Below are positions 27,601-40,046 of a DNA stretch of 64,000 nucleotides, in pieces. Each line of letters starts with the position of its first letter. Positions within the stretch are counted from its first letter, which is position 1. Both the position numbers and the translations under genes were made by a program. Under the pieces are notes generated by a model. It was not told the origin of the DNA and made no database searches. It saw only the letters and a list, made by a program, of their open reading frames with translations. Location: the NCBI GenBank assembly GCA_964035545.1, contig OZ037768.1:4000741-4064740 (forward strand), in the 5' to 3' direction. The DNA comes from Bugula neritina (lineage: Eukaryota; Animalia; Bryozoa).

Positions 27601-30005
27601 ACATCACTGGTTGTTTCTACCCCCCTTTCTTCTACTGGGAAAAGATCAGCTGCGTGGACTTACTTTCACATCGCTGACATGATGAAACGCGACTAGGTAA
27701 CATGTAATATATGCAAGCAAGTGGTCAAAGTCAGCCAAAGCTCAACTTCCAACCTATTTGGACATCTGGAGGCAAAACATCCAAAAGAACATGCTGCAGT
27801 TGCTCCAGCTAAGAGGTCACGGAGAGTTCTCAACAAACCAGCCAGTGTGTCTTCTACACCCAGTACAAGTTCATCATCATTATCTGTACCATCCGGTCAA
27901 CGATCTATCACCGACATGTTTCCGTATGACAACAAAAGCCAAAGACACAGTGCCCTGGTCAATTCCGTGACTAAGTATATAACATCAGGATGTGTTCCCG
28001 TCTATACTGTGGAGAAAGAATCATTCGTTGACATGCTAAAGGTCTTTGATGCGAGATTTATACTGCCTGGAAGAAATTTTTTCTCCCAAACGGCGATTCC
28101 GAGGGCATTCAATCATGTCAAGTCCAACATCATGAATCAGCTAAAAAATGTCAAGAGTCTGTCCTGCACCACCGATGGTTGGAGTTCTTTGGCAAAAGAC
28201 CCCTATATCAGCTTGACATGCCACTTCGTTGATGATGCTTGGAGTTTGAAAACATTTTGTCTCTCTACTATGTATGCTCCTGACAGCCATACGGCACTTA
28301 ACATAGCACAGTTTGCTCGCGAAGGTTTGTCCGAGTATGGTCTGACATTGGACCAAATAGCCTCCTTCACCACTGATTCCGCAGCAAACATGATCGCAGC
28401 GTGCAGAGAGCTGAAGGTCACACGTGTAAGCTGCTTCGGGCATATATTACACAATGCCATAACTACAACAATGGATGCCAACCAAGAAGTGGTTGAATTA
28501 TTGAAGGCGTGCCGCAAAATAGTTTCTGTCTTCAGCTACAGCTTCCAGTATCGCAAGCAGCTGTTGAAACTTCTGTCTGAGAAAGGGCTCCCTGAGCTTC
28601 AGCTGGTTAATGATGTCAGCACACGATGGGGTTCTCGATTAAAGATGATGGAGCGATGTCTCAAAGTGATGCCAGCTGTCGATTCGCTGTTCCATGATGG
28701 TAAATTACTGCAATTAAAATCTTCAGCTAGTGTTTAGTTTATATTGGTAAATAGTAAATACTGCTATTTTCTAGTTGATTTTTGCGCAATTAACTTGTAG
28801 TATATTATTGGCTGTAAGTTGCTGTATATTGCTGAAATTAAGACTTTATCAGTAAAGTAAATGCTTCAACATGGTTTGTTCTGTTAACCTCTTTTGTCAT
28901 TTGTTTTTATGTCTGATAATTTTTAGATCGGAAGTATCGGTGTTACATGCTAAACTTCGAGCAAAAGGATCTTCTTCGTAGAACCATTATTGCTTTGAAG
29001 CCGTACTCTTCACTGACTGACATGCTCTCTGGTGAGAACACTGTCACTAGCAGCTCTATTGTGGAGGTACTTCACATATTAACCGATGCTGTTCAAGATC
29101 TGACTGATGGGGATGGAGAGCCTTTGGAACTCGATGCTGATGTTGAAACAGTGAAAACCACGCGGAGGTCGATTTTGGAGTATGTCAATAATAGGTGTGT
29201 ATGCTGTGAAACTGTGCTAGAACTAATCACTCGATTTTGGAAACGTTTTAAACATTTTGATTAGAAAAATATTTTAAAAATACTGTAGATGCTTGTGTGC
29301 TATTGTATCATGTGCTTGTTACAAACAAAGTATTACTATATACTTACTGCAGGTACAAAGATCGGGAGGTGAATGAGAAATTTGCGAAAGCTACCCTGCT
29401 AGATCGGCGGTACAGTTATCAGCCACCAAATATTCATTTTCCTACTTTCGAAGAGACCAAAAATGCGTTGATCAATGATGGAGTCGAGCTTATGAGAAAA
29501 GATGCAGAGGACCGAGATAACGAAAACCACCCATCGGATAGACCAGGTGCAGTACTCGTTTTAAATACATTTTGTTTGCTGAAGCCTAAGGTGTGAAAGT
29601 TGACATCTCCGCTGCAACAGAATTGCCAATGTTATCTGGCTACTTGGTCTGTAGTTGGTGTTCACTCACAACATTGAATATTTTAATGTTAGGTTTTTTC
29701 AACGTGGACTATTGGAAATATCAATTAGTGATAAACAGTAACTTTTTCAAGCCTACTTGTCGACTGACTTAATGGTGTTATCCTGGAGTAGATTCATGAT
29801 TGTACTTGTCAATTTATTTGCAGAATCGCGAGTGCCGAAGAAATCCTCCCTAGCAGCAATGCTGTTGAGTAAGCGGAAAAAAAATGGAGGAGCTCTGTCA
29901 CAGACCCAAAGTGTTTCTCTGACTCCAGAGGAGAAAGCGAAACGAGAGGTAGTGACATGACATAACAGTAACAATTTGTAATATTTTAAACAAAGATTTA
30001 TGCAG

Positions 30006-30065
<60 letters not shown>

Positions 30066-32117
30066 CTAAATATTCATTCTTGACAACTTCATATTCAATA
30101 GATCTTGTGATATGTTGCGATTGAATGCTTTGCTTAAATTTTTAGCTCGAATTCCTGCTGAGTCTGACTTGTGAGGCGCAGAACGAGATTACTACCTGGT
30201 GGCAGACCCACCAGTGTGAATTTCCGACTTACAGTCAGATTGCAAAAAGGGTCTTCAGTGTCTGTGCCTCTAGTGTTGCATCTGAGAGATTGTTCTCGCT
30301 GTCAGGCCATATTGTCAGCAAGAAGCGTTGCAGTCTCAAACCTACTATGGTGAACATGCTAACAGTCCTAGCATTTAATGGCAAAACAAACTTGTGACCA
30401 CTTGCATGCGTATATTACGGTATCCAGCCGTATAAAATATAATAATGAATAACCTGATGTTTTGTTTTCGTTTTATTTAATTAATAAAGCTTGCACTTAT
30501 TACCTGGCGAGTTCAACAAAACTAGTCAACCATCATAGTTAAAATCTGTTTTAGTTAAAGCTGTCCAATTTTTGAATGTAAGGTAATATTTTTCAGCTGC
30601 TCATAATCCGTAACTTTTATTAATGCCGGATAGACCTGAAGTTCGATTGCTTCTGAGCTAATACACTCCTCTATTTTGCAGTTTTTAAAATCAAAACAGA
30701 TTTAATATAGCAGCGTAGCCATTGTTGGTGTTAGCAGTAGTCTATTTAAAGAATGGCCTAGAAACAGCTTTCCCATCCAATTTTCTGAATCTGAAATATG
30801 AGTTGGTAGCTAGTGTTATCAAATAAGGTGCGTGTGCTAATACATTAGTACATTGATACATGATTCGGAGTTGTCTAAGCATGTCGGTGGGAGTAATCGC
30901 TTCCCCAATAAAACCGACACCGAATAGAAAGGGGGGCATAACTCCAAATTTCGGTGTTTTTCGATGTACGATTATTTTTAACCATAATAATCATTTGGCA
31001 GTGCAGTCTGACACCGTGCAGCCCTAGGTGAGGCTACACTATTGTACATGGAGAGTTATTAGTCCTACTACTTAGTGTGGTTGTTGCTCTAATTTACAAA
31101 GTAATATTGTCCTGTCTTTATCTTGATAACAGTTTGTAAACAGCCCATGAGTTAGAGCAAGGTGACTGCTGAATCTAGCAGTAGGCAAAGTATAAAATAT
31201 AGATATAGTAGGAATGAAATGTTGTGGGGAGAACTTCCATTGCAGATTATCAAATTCAAGAGTGGTCTTAAATTTACCAAAATTACCGTTTCTCACAAAG
31301 TTAATCTCTGCCAGTTTTGTTTTAAAAAGGACAAAATAATTGTGACTAAATTTACTCGCTCTACATGATCTTTCAGACTTTACCTTTATACTGTGAATTC
31401 CTAGTAGTTCAGAGTATTTTAGGTATCTTTTACAATAGCTGACTCACACCAACAATTGCCAATGTTTCCATATTGTTACAGCCTGAACGTGGGAGGCCAG
31501 TAGCAGACGTGCCATATACTAGTTACACTGCAGACGACGGAGAGTATAATGTGGATAACTCAGCAATGGAGGCCACCATAGACTACATGAATAGTGTGGA
31601 TAATGTTGTTCCAGGTGCTTCAATTTGCCTTATAAGCTTGAATAAACTCATTTTATGCTGAGAGATATCTTTTATAAATCTAACTTGCATTACCAAACCT
31701 GATTTCCAAGTTTACTATGTTTGGCCATTTTATATAGTTGATTGTAAACAGAGGTTGGATAAGATGTTTCTATATCAGAAATATCATGTTTAACGTTTCA
31801 AAGCTGTCAACTTTCAACTTCCTTTTGATTATAGCGTTAGAGAATTTTTTGTTTGTCTCAAAAGTGAAATATCTACCATTATTACCAGCTTTTCTATACC
31901 AGATTTGGGTGAATCAAAGTCCAAATTGAAAAAGAAAAAGAAGAAAAACAAGCACAAGCACAAACATAAGTCAGAGAAGAAAGAAAGAGATGAGAGTTCA
32001 CGCCATACTTTGGCGAGCGCGTCTCCTTATTTAGCCTCAGCTCATGACTACGCGGGCCCCTCCTCCGTACAGCTTAGTGACCCGAGCTCCGCTGAAGACG
32101 ATTTCTTAGATGTGTAG
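15096..32117 (+). CDS. TAF2: TFIID subunit 2 (aminopeptidase-like fold), more than 20 exons, one U12 intron, hAT insertion in a late intron
   Basis: MSHNFKL|VHQTLVIS...LRLNCKQS|RIFEV...WFPCIDSYNELCTWKIE...[26 protein letters not shown]...FINQWVYQSG...GPLEVTIQELDGSFNHT...CHSKSRRQKKKKIPLMTGEEV...WLRIDP...YERDVVAQ...C-terminal KKKKKKNKHKHKHK. Confidence 0.96.
15956..16142 (+). other. U12-type (minor spliceosome) AT-AC intron, TAF2 coding intron 3
   Basis: 5'ss ATATCCTTT at 15956, branch site TCCTTGAC at 16122-16129, 3' end TTTCAC at 16142. Removal gives in-frame KQS-R-IFEV. Confidence 0.92.
19905..20015. repeat. Degenerate ~16-bp minisatellite (TGTTATATTGTATTAC) in a TAF2 intron
   Basis: About 6 imperfect tandem copies. 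Confidence 0.65.
24030..24665. repeat. Compound (AGT/AGC/AAC)n trinucleotide satellite in a TAF2 intron
   Basis: About 630 bp of AGT with interspersed AGC and AAC; recurring 15-mer AGTAGCAGTAGTAAC. Confidence 0.95.
26669..26815. repeat. ~147-bp near-perfect palindrome in transposase intron 1
   Basis: 58-bp arms at 26683-26740 and 26742-26799 (1 mismatch, 1-nt spacer), extendable past a 2-nt bulge. Confidence 0.85.
30008..30060. repeat. (TA)n microsatellite in the last transposase intron
   Basis: Direct dinucleotide run. Confidence 0.95.
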
Positions 32118-32949
32118 ATAATGCTGCCTGTCAAAGGTTCTGTACAAAATCTTCCTTAGTCCAAGGACTGTTGCTGTTCTATGCAATGTATATTATGTGT
32201 ATTGAATGTTGCAATTACTGGATATATAATTTTATATTTCAGTTTTCAAATATGGTCTTTATGTTTTTCTAAAATTGAGCAATATTGTATATTATTTCAC
32301 TGTATGAATAAGGTAGACTAGCAATAGAGTATACAGTTAGCAGTTTATTTTTGAATCATCGCTTTATTGCTTATAAGTGTAAAATGCTTATAATGGTTTC
32401 ATTACTCTCATGAGAGGACAACTCAACTGCATCAGATTCCTTAAGGAAATGTTTTCTGCCAATCAATTGTTTCATAGTTGAATGATATAGTGATTTACTA
32501 GCAGACTTGTTGTTGCACAACAAGGATGACATAAATGTCTCCAAGGGCTGTCATAAAAACTTACAAGGCTATACAAAAGTAAACGCAAGTGATGAACAAG
32601 GTCCCTGAGAAGGTGTACGTCAGTAATTCGGCTGAATTTTATGATATTTGGAAAATATTAATGTGTGTAAATAATATAACCCATACTGGAAAGCAGTAGT
32701 ACATTTTATTTTATTCCTTTCCTGTCTAAAAAGTAAAGAAACAAGAATAAACTGACAAAGAAACTTGTCAATAAAATGTACATTATAGATGAGATAGTTA
32801 TTTACAAAAATAGAAAAGTCTGCAGTTGAACAAAAACAGTTGCAGTAGCGTCCTTCAATAAAAATAAATCAACATTAGTGAAACAATAAAAATTACGACA
32901 AAAATAAAAAACTTGACTTAAATATTCATTAGCATCACCAAAACTTGTA

Positions 32950-35092
32950 TCACAAGTCTGGTATCCCTAAAGATTTTCGTACAGATCTCTGTGCGCACTC
33001 GAGAAACCTAGATTTATCTTCCCTCCAACATTTGGCAGCATCCACATTGGCAGCGCTTTCATCATTTGGCTCTATAAAGTAATATAAATTACTTAACACA
33101 AGACACGTATGACTGCCTAACAGTATAATATGTTATACAATAATTTATTTTATAACAAATTTTATGTGATATATAAACAAAAAGTTATATTTAAAAGTAT
33201 TATCATAAATGCCTTACATAATTAAAAATTGCAGATTTGAACAAGCCGAACTGAAAACAATATGTTTATTCTTATGTACATAAATTTGATAAAATAACAG
33301 CAAAACAGTAATAAGACCATATTTATTTGCGTTTAGCGATTTTTTTTGGTTCCTCCTACTCCAAAAAATTTGCCTTCAATTTGTCAAGTATTGAACAGGC
33401 AACTTCTATTGAATACTGTTCCCCAAACTTAAATATCTTTTTTTCCAAGAAATTTATTAAAATTTTTGTGTGAAGCAGTTTTTAAATAAAAAAGTAATTG
33501 AAGCTGTGTTTCAAATACAATTTAAATCATACCTGCCAATAAACTAGCCACATACCTGCCAACATACTGACTACAGACAAAAGTATTTTTTCTACACTTT
33601 GAACTGGGCTCCATCTTTCTGAACTGCTTTCATAGCCAGTTGGATCATCACCAGGTGTATGTAGAATAGAGATGCAGACCCTGCCATCCGGATAGACTAA
33701 CAAGTAAAAATTGCATTATTAAACATAGTCAATAAAATTTACTTAACTTTTAATTAATGAAACTTTCTATTTCCATGTAGTGACTAACCATTTAGTTGAA
33801 ATATTGAATCAATATGATGCAAGTAGTGACTTACATTAATCCACTAAAATACCTACTGTTGGAGTAGAAAATTTAGCCACTAAAACACTTACTATTTGGA
33901 TGGAAAAGATCACAAGTGAATTTCATTTTGGGAGGATTCAATGGGTAGTCTGAAGGAAAGATGAGTCTTGCTGGAAAAACACCACCATCAAATATTGTAC
34001 CCTCAGGGCCACTAGAAAATACATGATAAGTAGCAGTATAGCTATATATAAAACTCTGGGGAATTATCACCTTTTTCAAGAGCAACATTACGCCAATACA
34101 AATAATATTTACTTTTATATGATTACCAGACTGGGAATTTACACAAAGACTATTTTGAACAATTCTACATGATTGATGGAGTCGACTTTTAAGAAATATT
34201 CATGTATCCATTGTAACAGACAGAAAACTTAATCTAGCTAGCAATTATGATTGGTTATGCAAAAAACTTTCAACATTAATCAAGATGTAAGTAATTTTGA
34301 CTCTATTTTAAATTTCGGCCTACTGCTCAAAAACTCTCATCATATTCTCCAAAATAATTGTTTTAAAATGTTGATAATTACATAAACCTCAATTCAAAAA
34401 GCAACAGAACTAGAACTAGTACAAAATGAACTAAAAAACACACTGTAAACTAGTGAATATATAGAACATAATAGAAGCGTTGCGGAATGCAATTCATGGG
34501 TACGAAACTAAAGAAATTAAAAGAGTCATTAGTTTGAAATATTTCTAAGCACAACGTACGCAATTAAAGCCTCCCATTCAAAAAAGTTATCTTCATCTAA
34601 AGGACCAGCGATGATTCCTTCAGGTGGATTCAGTGTCAACTCTAGAAAATATAGCAAAACGAACAATCAACAAGCCTCAACATAATTATTATGAGACTAG
34701 TTACTTAAAAAAAATTAAATAAGATCACAAACGAGTCTTTTACACTTGAGAAATTTCATTAAAGCTTCAGTGTTGGAATTTTCAATAGGAAGTGGTTAGG
34801 AGTGAAAATTATTTTGAAACAAACCAACATTGCATAATATTAACTACAATCGTAAATGCCTATGAAAAAACAATACTTCAAATATAATAACAAATGATTT
34901 GAATTTTTTTTGCATGCTATATCCATATATGCAGATAATTTGGCACACAAGACTGAAATATAATAATCATAATTATGTAGTCTTATTGCAGAGAAATTAA
35001 ATCTTGCATAACATCAAATGCTAGCAATGACTAAACAATTTATGCTTACGTTTGTATTCTGCCATAAGTCGTTTTAGGGATGCACCAGCCAT
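32950..35092 (-). CDS. UBE2G2: Ubiquitin-conjugating enzyme E2 G2 (Ubc7), 5 exons
   Basis: [14 protein letters not shown]|..[106 protein letters not shown]|[21 protein letters not shown]. Confidence 0.96.
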
Positions 35093-35229
35093 AATTTTTG
35101 TCCACCAGAATATTTTCCAAACCTATGATAACCAACTAATCTTTATTAAATGCATACTAATGTAGTTGTTCAGCAGCCTACGCGTTAAAATTTTAGATAA
35201 AATTCAAGTAAAATAAAAAGTAGTTAGCA

Positions 35230-35880
35230 GACACAGACCATAACTATTAGTATTACCATTAGACTTAGTGTTATTACTATTACTATTAGTATAATTGTTA
35301 TACCTACTAGTACTAGCAAAAATTACAGTCTTACTCTTGGTCTTTTTCTTAGTCTATAATTAAAATGTATTCATTCCAACTAAAAAATATCATTGATAAG
35401 CAAAGCCAGTGACATAAGTATCACAATAATATTTTGTACTCAAAATAACACGTCCTTAGCACTAGCAGTAGTACTAGTAGTGGTAGTAGTAGTGCTACTA
35501 CTACCACTACTACTACTAGTAGCACTACTAGTACCACTAGTAGTAGTACTAGTCAATCATCAGTCACAATGATTGACAATGTGAATGTGAAACTGAAAGT
35601 GAATGTCATACTCATACTCATACTGATACTGATACTCATACTCATACTGATACTGATACTGTGATAGTGATACTCAGTTATAGTCATAACTCACTCAGTC
35701 TTATATTGATATGAGAGTAACTTTAAGTGCAAAGTTAAAAATAAGTTACTCAATTAACCAATAAATATAAGACTAACATAACATTAACTATAAGAGTATA
35801 AGCATAAATAAAACATTGATTTGTAAACCATCACGTCTTACGTACCTACTGCAATTCTTCAGTAAGTAACCGGAAATAGG
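35230..35880. promoter_or_regulatory. Low-complexity palindromic tract upstream of UBE2G2
   Basis: ACT/AGT runs, ACTCAT/ACTGAT hexamers, palindrome at 35475-35512, CCGGAAAT near 35871. Confidence 0.45.
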
Positions 35881-36611
35881 CTAAAAATGTCTCTTAAAAC
35901 TGATGAGTCTTATTAATTGCAATTTATGAGCCAGTTTATGAGAAGAGGGAATAACTCCTCTGTGAACCTAAATCTCAGTTCTCCACTTCTTTGCCCAACA
36001 TACGAGTAATATTGTTATACTTGATACAAAACTGTGTGTATTATGTTTACTGTGTTATATTACGTTGTATCTATTTAATCTTCATACTTGCATTGTAACA
36101 GCCTAATTCTGATTATAGACCTGTATAATCATAGGATTGAGGTATATCATGGTATAAATATAACAAGGTTTTAGATGGAATATTGGAACAAGCCTACCAA
36201 CTCAATTACTGATACAAGTTCAACTTTTTATTTTGAAATGCTCTTCCTTAAATCTTACATCAATATAATCTGATATGAAAATGCCAGAAATCTAACAAAA
36301 GAAGCTTTCAGCCACTGTTATTGCAAACCTGACATAAAAAATACTTGTTAGGAATATAGCATATATTACAGTTATTATATAATAACAATAATATCTTGAG
36401 GAGACAGACTTCACCTAAATGGTGACTAGTTACTAGTATAGACTGTAGGGTTGAGATTATAGCTGAAAAACTAAGTTTAATTGAATAGAATACATATTTA
36501 TTAGACATATTATATACACTGTACAGAATGGTGCAGAGAAAAACTAATATAACAATGATTTTAGCTAGCTAAAACATTCCATTACAAAAATGCCAAACAG
36601 ACTAAAAAAAG

Positions 36612-38054
36612 CTAGCGGGCTAAGTCATATCTAGGAGTGTTAGCCCTTTGTGCATCCAATGCCTTTTTTGCCTTTTTAGATGGCATCATAGTGTTAGTCA
36701 CACCGGGACGCTTTTTACTAGAAACTGAATGTGTAGATTCATAACCAGATACTCCGGGCTCCGCTGCATCCATGACTGGTTCTTCAACTTCTTGATACTT
36801 ATTAGGAGCCTGAAATCCCAGATCGTGACTGAAACGACACTTGTCCCCCTTTATACAAAAACCTTTCTTAAACTTGAAGCATGGTGGTTTGCTGCTCATC
36901 TTATCCTCCGTCATCTTCACATGCTTCTCATACAATGCTATTTGTGCTTTTTCCTGCTTAGCAAATCTGTTGCCTTCAAAATATGGACGTAGAAACTCAT
37001 TACAAATAGTGCTAATCAACCAACAATACATGTAGATAGGTGTAGGATATGCAGCAATCAACAATAAGCATAATTCTAAAACCAAAATATAATTAGCAAC
37101 ATTAAAAAAATTAAATAGTATGTGTCTATTAAATATTGCCCAAAACTTTCAAGCACAATAGTGGATTATTATTAATTAACACAATCATCCAATATATAAG
37201 AAGCATTTACCAAAAACACTGCCTTTAACCTCAGAAGACAAAGGACTTTGCGAGAGTGCGGCAGAAGGTGCAAAGGGGTTGGCTAAGGGATTAGGAAGTA
37301 GATATTTATTCTGTGCATCAGATGGGACAGTTTTATTAGTTTCTTGTGACTCACTCTCTTCATCAGAATCACTTTCGTTAGCAGTAGTTGTGAAGAAATC
37401 TGCACTGAAACAGGAAAATAACAGCTCTATTCTTGTGCACATGTGAAAATGGCAAAAATGGTGATGCAAAGAGTGACCGAGAGTATGCCTTGTTACATCA
37501 ATGTGCACTATACTCATAATCATTATGACATTATGATAATGTCAACGCAAATGATATGTTCTAAAATAAGAAAAATGAAATGTTTGATGATTTTCATTAG
37601 TTCATAATTTTGAAAGAACAAATACAAATTATGTCATAAAGGCAATTTTTAATTCTTGATAAAGCTGCAAAATTGTAAGAGACTTGCTGCTCCATGTTAA
37701 AGCTGAGCAAATAAGCTAGGCTGTTGCTAAACATTATTGAGATGAAACAACTCTACATTAGTTTGGAAAACTTCTTGACTCACCAGAATGTGTTCTAGTT
37801 GTACTGCGTTGAACAACATAGGTTAGTAATTGATAATTAGTAATCAAAAGTAACAACTTCAGTAATACACACTCCACCCCAGAGACCAAAAGTACAACAA
37901 AACTAATTTTAATAAAATTGGTGAATTATTTCAATTACAACCTTTTAGGCAGGCTTGCAGTTGAATCTTTTACTTGAGCAACTGTATCCTTTTCCTCTAA
38001 TTCATCATTGTCAGAAGAATCTGTATAGTCAGCAACTAAACCAGCCAAAGCCAT
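36612..38054 (-). CDS. Uncharacterised C3H1 (CCCH) zinc-finger protein, 3 exons
   Basis: MALAGLVADYTDSSDNDE..|..DFFTT..ESDSDEE..LLPNPL..SVF|GNRFAKQEKAQIALYEKHVKMT..CFKFKKGFCIKGDKCRFSH (C-x7-C-x5-C-x3-H)..KKRPGVTNTMMPSKKAKK. Confidence 0.8.
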
Positions 38055-38272
38055 TTCTAAAAACAGATGAATTATGGTGATGAATGATAACTAAGAGCCA
38101 CAACCAGCTTTTTAGATATTGATAACCAATCTAAAAACGAAAAGCTTTTAATAGTAATACTAATAGTAATAGTAAATATAATACTAACAATGCTAGTAAT
38201 GTAATGCTAACACTAATAGTAATACACTAATAGTTATACTTATAGACTTATATTTATAGTAATAGATATACT

Positions 38273-40038
38273 CAGGGATGTAGTGGTAAAAATATTCATG
38301 GCCATACTCCCAGGCCGGGGGTCCAGGGGGCCGCCCAGGCCCCCGGCGGGGTCCGGGGCAGCGCCCCGGCCGCCGAAGCCCTTCTGATGCAAATTTATGC
38401 AATTCAAAGCCATTGTGAATTATAATTCTTCTGAAAAAAATCTGTGTTGAAATGTGCACCTTGCTATTATTTTCATGCCATACCAGCTACACGACGTCTG
38501 TGCATTGCTGCAAACTATATATAAATATTCAGTATTGTGCCATACCTGTTGACTGTAATTTTAAATGTAGTCTTACTCAACTGACACTAAGTCCAACCTG
38601 TACAGAAATATTGCTGAAGATCTCAAAAAGATGGAAGGATAGAGGCAGGTAACAAGTGCTCTCCAAATGCAACCTGATTACTTCAAATATTTAATACACT
38701 AGCTGACGTGGACAGAAAAAGAATTATATATCAGAACAGAGGAAGATTGCAAATCAGAAAAAGCAATTTGAATTGATATCTCATTGGCAAGCAGAAATTG
38801 GTAGAAAACCTATTTGGAGTTTATTAGAACACTAGTCTAATCCATAAGGAGATACCACCACACCTCCTTGCACACAATAAAACACACCAAAGAAGAGTAT
38901 GTTAACTTGGTTTTAAAGTAAAACCCCTGAGCTTCCACTAGACACATCAAAGAAATATACCCCAAAAGAACAAATTTGACAGGTTTAAATGTGTTAGCCT
39001 AGATTCTAGAAGATGATTAAATGTAAAGCCAGACGTTAGTGCAACCAAACATGAAAGGTTACTTATGGCGGTGTACAGTTTGCAAAAAAAATCATCAACA
39101 TGAACATGCAATAGCGCTGCTAGGTTTTTGACAGAAAATGTGGATATAGTACCTGTAGACCTCAGTGATAAACTTTCATTAACCTCTCCTACACACCTGG
39201 TACTGTTTCCTGAAGACATTTTGATTTTATTTCTGGATTTCATGTTGGTTTTTTTTCCAAATTTCATTGCTTATTGACAAAATGCAAGTCCACACAAGAT
39301 AGCTAAGGGCAACTTTCTAGCTGTCACTGCCTTGCTGAGGCCACATTATTAGTATATTATAAGAATTCAGTCCTGCCAAATAAAACCGTATACTTAATTG
39401 TGCTAGAATTAAAATTTAAAAACTATGTTTTAGATCTTCCTCAGAGCACCTGCATTTTCGAGTTTTCAATTTTTTTATTGCAAAGTTATAGACAAAAATC
39501 TACTCATTTTTAGCCAATTTTACTTGAAAAGTTTATTTTTCAATCCCTACCAAATATCTCAGCAGGAAAGCATGGTATTCGAATAGAACAAACACTGTCG
39601 GAAACCTGAGAAATTTATGCATAGCACTTTTTTATCTTTTCAATAGCCTTCATAGATTTTCCACAAATTAGTGATTTATACACTGAAAATGAAAAATTTT
39701 TCTTTAGTAATCACCAATGCACAGCACTTCGCGCTTCAATGAACATGGAGAGATGAGAAGATGGAATGTTGATCGCTGCTTATTATTCATAGTGTAATCT
39801 CAGGCTAAACAATCACAAGTAGGCAACACGCATGCCACCCACATAGCATTAACATAACAAGAACCTAAACTAGATTGTGAGCGAAATTTATGATAGTATT
39901 CTCAGTGAGGATGCCCTAACTATCCTATGCACTAATCATCTTTCAAAAATATGCCCATACGGGCGTATGGCCAAGAACAGCCTATTTTCTTCTGGGCCAT
40001 ACGGCGTATGGGACCGTATGGGTACCACTACATCCCTG
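38273..40038. mobile_element. Non-autonomous hAT-type DNA transposon (1766 bp)
   Basis: Perfect 16-bp TIR CAGGGATGTAGTGGTA/TACCACTACATCCCTG. 8-bp TSD GATATACT at 38265-38272 and 40039-40046. Subterminal CCATAC/GTATGG motifs. No transposase ORF. Confidence 0.93.
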
Positions 40039-40046
40039 GATATACT

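Larger units (their letters stand above)
26469..30397 (+). pseudogene. Spliced hAT transposase (BED finger, DDE RNaseH core, hATC domain), 6 exons, one in-frame TAG
   Basis: Exons 26469-26510, 27583-28699, 28927-29194, 29353-29546, 29824-29948 and 30146-30397 join in phase. Motifs: RSAAWTYF..C..C..TSNLFGHL..KH, TTDGWSS, TTDSAANM, CFGHILH, TRWGS, WW..ASSVASERLFS. TAG at 27694-27696. Confidence 0.88.
26111..31026 (+). mobile_element. Full-length hAT (Ac/ZBED1-like) DNA transposon in a TAF2 intron
   Basis: 8-bp TSD GGTGAGGC at 26103-26110 and 31027-31034. Imperfect 16-bp TIRs (TAAGCCTGCACGATGT vs TAGGGCTGCACGGTGT, 13/16). Subterminal TTTCGATG/TTTCGGTG repeats at both ends. Internal transposase gene. 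Confidence 0.93.

Noticed and set aside
38947-39267. ORF inside the non-autonomous element faintly resembling the C-half of a retroviral-type aspartic protease (MSSGNSTRCVGEV..)
   Set aside because: No D[ST]G catalytic motif or other pol domains visible; an HMM search would be needed.
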